Part shown: in pieces, positions 59,764 through 64,000 of the stretch
Numbering within the stretch: position 1 is the first letter of the stretch
How the letters are laid out: the number at the start of each line of letters is the position of its first letter
Notes under the pieces: model-generated
The model's database searches: none
Seen by the model: only the letters and a program-made list of their open reading frames with translations
Told to the model about the DNA's origin: nothing
Source: Azolla caroliniana
Lineage: Eukaryota; Plantae; Polypodiophyta
Assembly: GCA_043228905.1 (NCBI GenBank)
Contig: JBHGNT010000001.1
Coordinates: forward strand, 24,862,001 to 24,926,000
Direction: 5' to 3'
DNA length: 64,000 bases
Made by a program: the position numbers and the translations under genes

Positions 59764-61486
59764 AGACAGATGTTGGGGATGCACATCATTCGGGACCGGT
59801 CAGTGAAGCAACTATGGTTGTCACAGGAGAAGTATGTGACAAAGGTGCTTCACCGGTTCAACATGTCAGATGCAAAACCGGTCGGATCGACACTCCCGGC
59901 AAACTGCAAGTTGTCCGGCAAGCAAAGCCCGAAGACAAAAGGAGAGAAGGCAGATATGATGAAGATTCCATATGCCTCTGCCGTCGGGAGCTTGATGTAC
60001 GCAATGGTTTGTACCCGACCGGACATTGGATACGCAGTCGGAGTGGTGAGCCGGTTCATGAGTAATCCCGGCAAGGAGCATTGGAACGCGGTCAAATGGA
60101 TACTCCGGTATTTGAAGGGCACTTCAAATATGTGTCTCCGATTCGGCACCGGAAAACCTCAACTGGACGGTTTCACCGATTCGGACATGTCGGCTGATGT
60201 GGATACCAGCCGGTCTACATCCGGGTATGTGATGACATATGCAGGGGGAGCTGTTTCGTGGCAGTCGAGGCTGCAGAAGACGGTTGCATTGTCAACCACA
60301 GAGGCGGAGTACATGGCGGCTGTAGAAGCCGGCAAGGAAATATTATGGATGAAGGACTTCATCGGAGAGCTCGGTATCCGGCAAGAGGAATACCGACTCT
60401 ACTGCGACAGTCAAAGTGCCATCCACCTTGCTAAGAATGCGGCCTACCATTCCCGGACGAAGCATATCCAGCGGAGGTATCACTGGATCCGGGAAAGGGT
60501 AGATGACCAGGAGTTCGCATTGGCGAAGATCCACACGGCCGAGAACGGGTCAGATATGCTGACCAAAGTGTTGACACCCAACAAGCTGGACGCATGCCGG
60601 AAGAGGATCGGGCTGGAAAGACACCCCATGCCGGAGTGAAGGGGGAGTTTGTTGGAAGACAGGTCCCTCCGGATGGGAAGGGAGAAGAACAATGCCGACG
60701 AACAAACTCGGTCGAGGCCGAAACTGTATGAGGAGGACCCGGCTACGGAGAGCCGGATGGTGTAGGCCCGGTATGAACCGGATGAGGAGTACCCGACTGC
60801 GGAGAGTCGGATGGTGTAGGCCCGGTATGAACCGGATGAGGAGTACCCGACTGCGGAGAGTCGGATGGTGTAGGCCCGGTATGAACCGGATGAGGAGTAC
60901 CCGACTGCGGAGAGTCGGATGGTGTAGGCCCGGTATGAACCGGATGAGGAGTACCCGACTGCGGAGAGTCGGATGGTGTAGGCCCGGTATGAACCGGATG
61001 AGGAGTACCCGACTGCGGAGAGCCGGATGGAGCCCATCGAGGCTACATTTGTAAATAGCCGAAAAGTCATATTAGTATAAATATGACTTAGGGCAAACTT
61101 TTAGTTTTTTTTGTGTTGTCATTCGTGTGATTATTATTCTTCCTTGTTGGTGCAAGAAGAAATAAGAGCACGTAACTGTACAGAGAGACAAAGAGAGAGA
61201 GAGAGAGACGAGGTCGTCGCCTCTGTTGTAACCGCCGTCTGTGGCGAAGATCTGAGAGCACGAGGTCGTTGCCTCAGTGATCTCACTATTGTATATTTCT
61301 GCATAGTGATAGTTAGCAGCTTGTGGGCTGCCGTGGTTTTTCCCCTAGTTTGGGGTTTTCCATGTATACCTCCTGTGTACCATTTCTCCTCTTTTGTGTC
61401 GCGTTTTCATTACCTGTTTTTCTGTGTATGTAAAGAATCTCGGTTGTGGCCGAGCGTTGGACATAAGGAACGTCGAGTTCTCAACA
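59764..61486 (+). mobile_element. 5'-truncated Tnt1-like Copia (RT C-terminus and RNase H, PPT, 3' LTR 60650-61486)
   Basis: Open ORF 59770..60639 (LWLSQEKY, PYASAVGSLMYAMVCTRPDI, ALSTTEAEY, HSRTKHI). PPT GAAGGGGGAG. The LTR carries about 5.5 x 54-bp repeats at 60725-61030. Confidence 0.92.
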
Positions 61487-64000
61487 ATCTTGGCCTTCTC
61501 GCCCTTGTTGGCTTCATCTTCCCCATGCTTGGCTGGCCCTGGCTCTTGCTTTCGGTTGCTGCCCTCTCGTCCGCTTCCGGACTCTTCCATGGATCCGCCT
61601 AAATCAAATTCGTCATCCGATTTGGTGTCACGATCACTTCTGCTCCTTTCCTTCTCCTTTCTGTGGTCTTGCGGGACTTTTCTCCCCCTCAAGTTCGGCA
61701 CGTCAAGGTGGTGCAACCCAAGCGCACCCGAAAATTGCCGCAACTTGTCCAGACCAAGGGGTTTAGTGGAAATGTTTGCGGTCTGCCGATCCGTCAAAAC
61801 ATACTGAAGTTCAACTTCACTAAAGAGGACACGCTCACGGACAAAGTGGTAGTACACCTTAATGTGCTTAGTTCGGGTGCGAAAGACAAGGTTCTTCGCA
61901 AGTTGGATGTTGTTGAGGTTGTCGCAGTAGATTGTCGTTGGATCGAACACCTCCACCTGTAGATCCTTAAGTAGTCGCTTCAGCCATACGGCTTCGCATG
62001 TTGCGACAGCCGCTTCTCGACACTCGACTTCTATGCTTGACAGTGCAACTGTTGGCTACTTCTTGCTACTCCATGCGATCGCGGTGCTCCCAAGGGAGAA
62101 CGCGAATCCGGATGTGGATCGGCGATTGCTGGCATTTCCGGCCTAGTCGGCGTCTGTATAGCCGACTAGCTGCGCGACAGTACCGGTCCGATATAGTAGC
62201 CCCCGGTCCTTAGTGCCACTGACGTACTTGAGTACGCGTTGCGCGCACTAAAGGTGCTCCTCGGTTGGCCGCACCATGAACTGACTAATCAAGTCGACCG
62301 GGTAACTGAGGTCTGGCCGCGTGATAGTCAAGTAAATGAGGCTTCCGACAATCTGTCGGAACCTTTTCGGGTCGCAGACCTTTCTAGAGTCGGGGCGAAG
62401 CTTGACGGTTCTGTCTAGAGGAGTTGAGACGGACTTACAGTCTGCCATCCCGAACTTGAAGAGAATACTCAACACGTAATGCTGTTGGCTGATCAGGATG
62501 CCTTCGGGGGTTCAGATCACTTCGATCCTGAGAAAGTAATGAAGATCCCCCAGGTCCTTCATATCAAATGATGTCGCAAGTTGGAGCTTTACGCAATCAA
62601 TTTCAACTAGGTCGACGTCGGTGATGACCAAGTCATCAACATAATTGGCCCAAGTCGACCCTCCCGGACGAACAATGAAGAGTCTGATTTGGACGTCGCA
62701 CATTCCATCTGACGTAATCGCTGCATGATCTTCGCGTTCCAGGCACGTGGGGCTTGCTTTAGTCCATTGAGGGACTTCTTCAACCGGCATACCGCCGAAG
62801 TGTTCGTTCCGGGGTGAAATTCGGGGGGTTGTACCATGTACAGTTGTTCCTCAAGCTCGCCTTGCAAGAACGCATTCTTTACATCTATCTGATGTAAGTG
62901 CCATCCCTTCGCCGTAGCTACCACAAGCAAAACACAAATGATCGTCATCTTCGCGACCGGCGCAAACGTCTCATCGTAATCGATGTCGTGTTGCTGCGCA
63001 TCACCTTTTGCTACTAATCAAGCCTTGTATCAGTTGACCGAGTCGTCAGTGTTGTACTTGACCTTGTAAACCCACCTGCATCCAATTGTCTTTACACCCT
63101 TGGGGGCGTCAACCAAGTCCTAGGTTTCATTCTCCGCAAGTGTGTTCATCTCTTCCATGGCGGCACGCCAATTCGCGTCCTTTGCCGCTTTTGCGTAGCT
63201 CTCCGGCTCACGCACCTCTGCTACGCATGTCATGTATGCATAGTGATGCACCATGTACTCGTTGTATCCGAACTGCACAACGGGGTTCTTCTGGCGGGTA
63301 GATTGGCGTAATTGCGCATTAGCCGATGTTGAGGCCGTTCTGGCCGACGCGGACTTCACTCTTGAAGGCTCGTCATCGCTCTTCTCGGAGTCAGATTCGC
63401 GTTGATCCGACTCGTACCTATACGTGTCGTACTCTGGCATCTTCTTCTTTCCCTTTTCTTTGCACATAAGCCATCTCTTCGGCTTCCTGCGCGGGGAATG
63501 CATGACCGAGTCTCCACTACTTGTCGGCTCTTCATCTTACTGGTCGAACTGACTCAGTCGCTCATTCGGTCCACTTAGCCGAAATGAGATTGGACTCTCT
63601 TCAAGACTTCTGACTTCGCGTTCATTAGGAGGCATCTCAGCCTCCCTAACCTCATCTTTAGAACTCAGATTGGAGTTGAGGTCCGGAGTCGGAGGCAAAT
63701 ACCAAGACGTAGACTCATCGAACATAAAATCGCGACTTATGTGAGCTTGTTTGGTTCGGGGGTTATAACACTTATAACCCTTCTGTTCGTCCGAGTAGCC
63801 AACCAAGATACACTTCTCGTCTTTTGCGTCCAACTTCCCCTGCTTCTCCTTCGGCACATACACATACACAATGCTACCAAAAACCCTCAAGTGTCGTAGA
63901 TTCGGCTTCCTTCCGAAATACAGCTCATGTGACGACACTTTTTCTTTGATCCGATTCTGGATGTAGACCATGGTTCGGACTGCTTCGGCCCAATAGAACT
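61487..64000 (-). mobile_element. Degenerate Copia (INT C-terminus, RT, RH), relative of the 31984-37609 element; runs off the window
   Basis: HLRVFGSIVY, KCILVGYSDEQKGYKCYNP, WHLHQIDVKNAFLQG, YVDD, IYCDNL. Many stops and frameshifts. Confidence 0.92.

Noticed and set aside
60725-61030. Regular repeat arrays (also 54725-54945 and 13403-13632) as CRISPR-like
   Set aside because: The units are head-to-tail with no unique spacers, there are no cas genes, and they lie inside retrotransposon LTRs or leaders.

Overview
This is land-plant nuclear DNA, and the retroelement lineages suggest a seed-free plant such as a fern (inference). A small gene island at about 24.6-50.3 kb lies between two nested-transposon blocks. 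It holds four host genes: a divergent 3-exon VDAC porin (+), a single-TM Pro/Ala/Ser-rich orphan (-), a 5-exon PHOSPHO1/PECP1/PS2-type HAD phosphatase (-) and a 14-exon CMP-sialic-acid-transporter-like nucleotide-sugar transporter (-). The rest is Ty3/Gypsy, Ty1/Copia and LINE sequence, plus tandem repeats and microsatellites. The top finding is a Gypsy lineage that appears to integrate specifically at ACGT. Three insertions share TGTCG...CGACA termini and a 4-bp ACGT duplication: a solo LTR (left copy reads ATGT), a very young gag-only element and a formerly autonomous element. The last two also use a tRNA-Trp primer site. Other notable items are a Gypsy with a second aspartic protease after its integrase, a tRNA-like Pol III module inside an LTR, a LINE with a ~90-bp target duplication, and Tnt1-like LTRs with variable CCGG-rich tandem arrays. 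All coordinates were read by eye and no database search was run.
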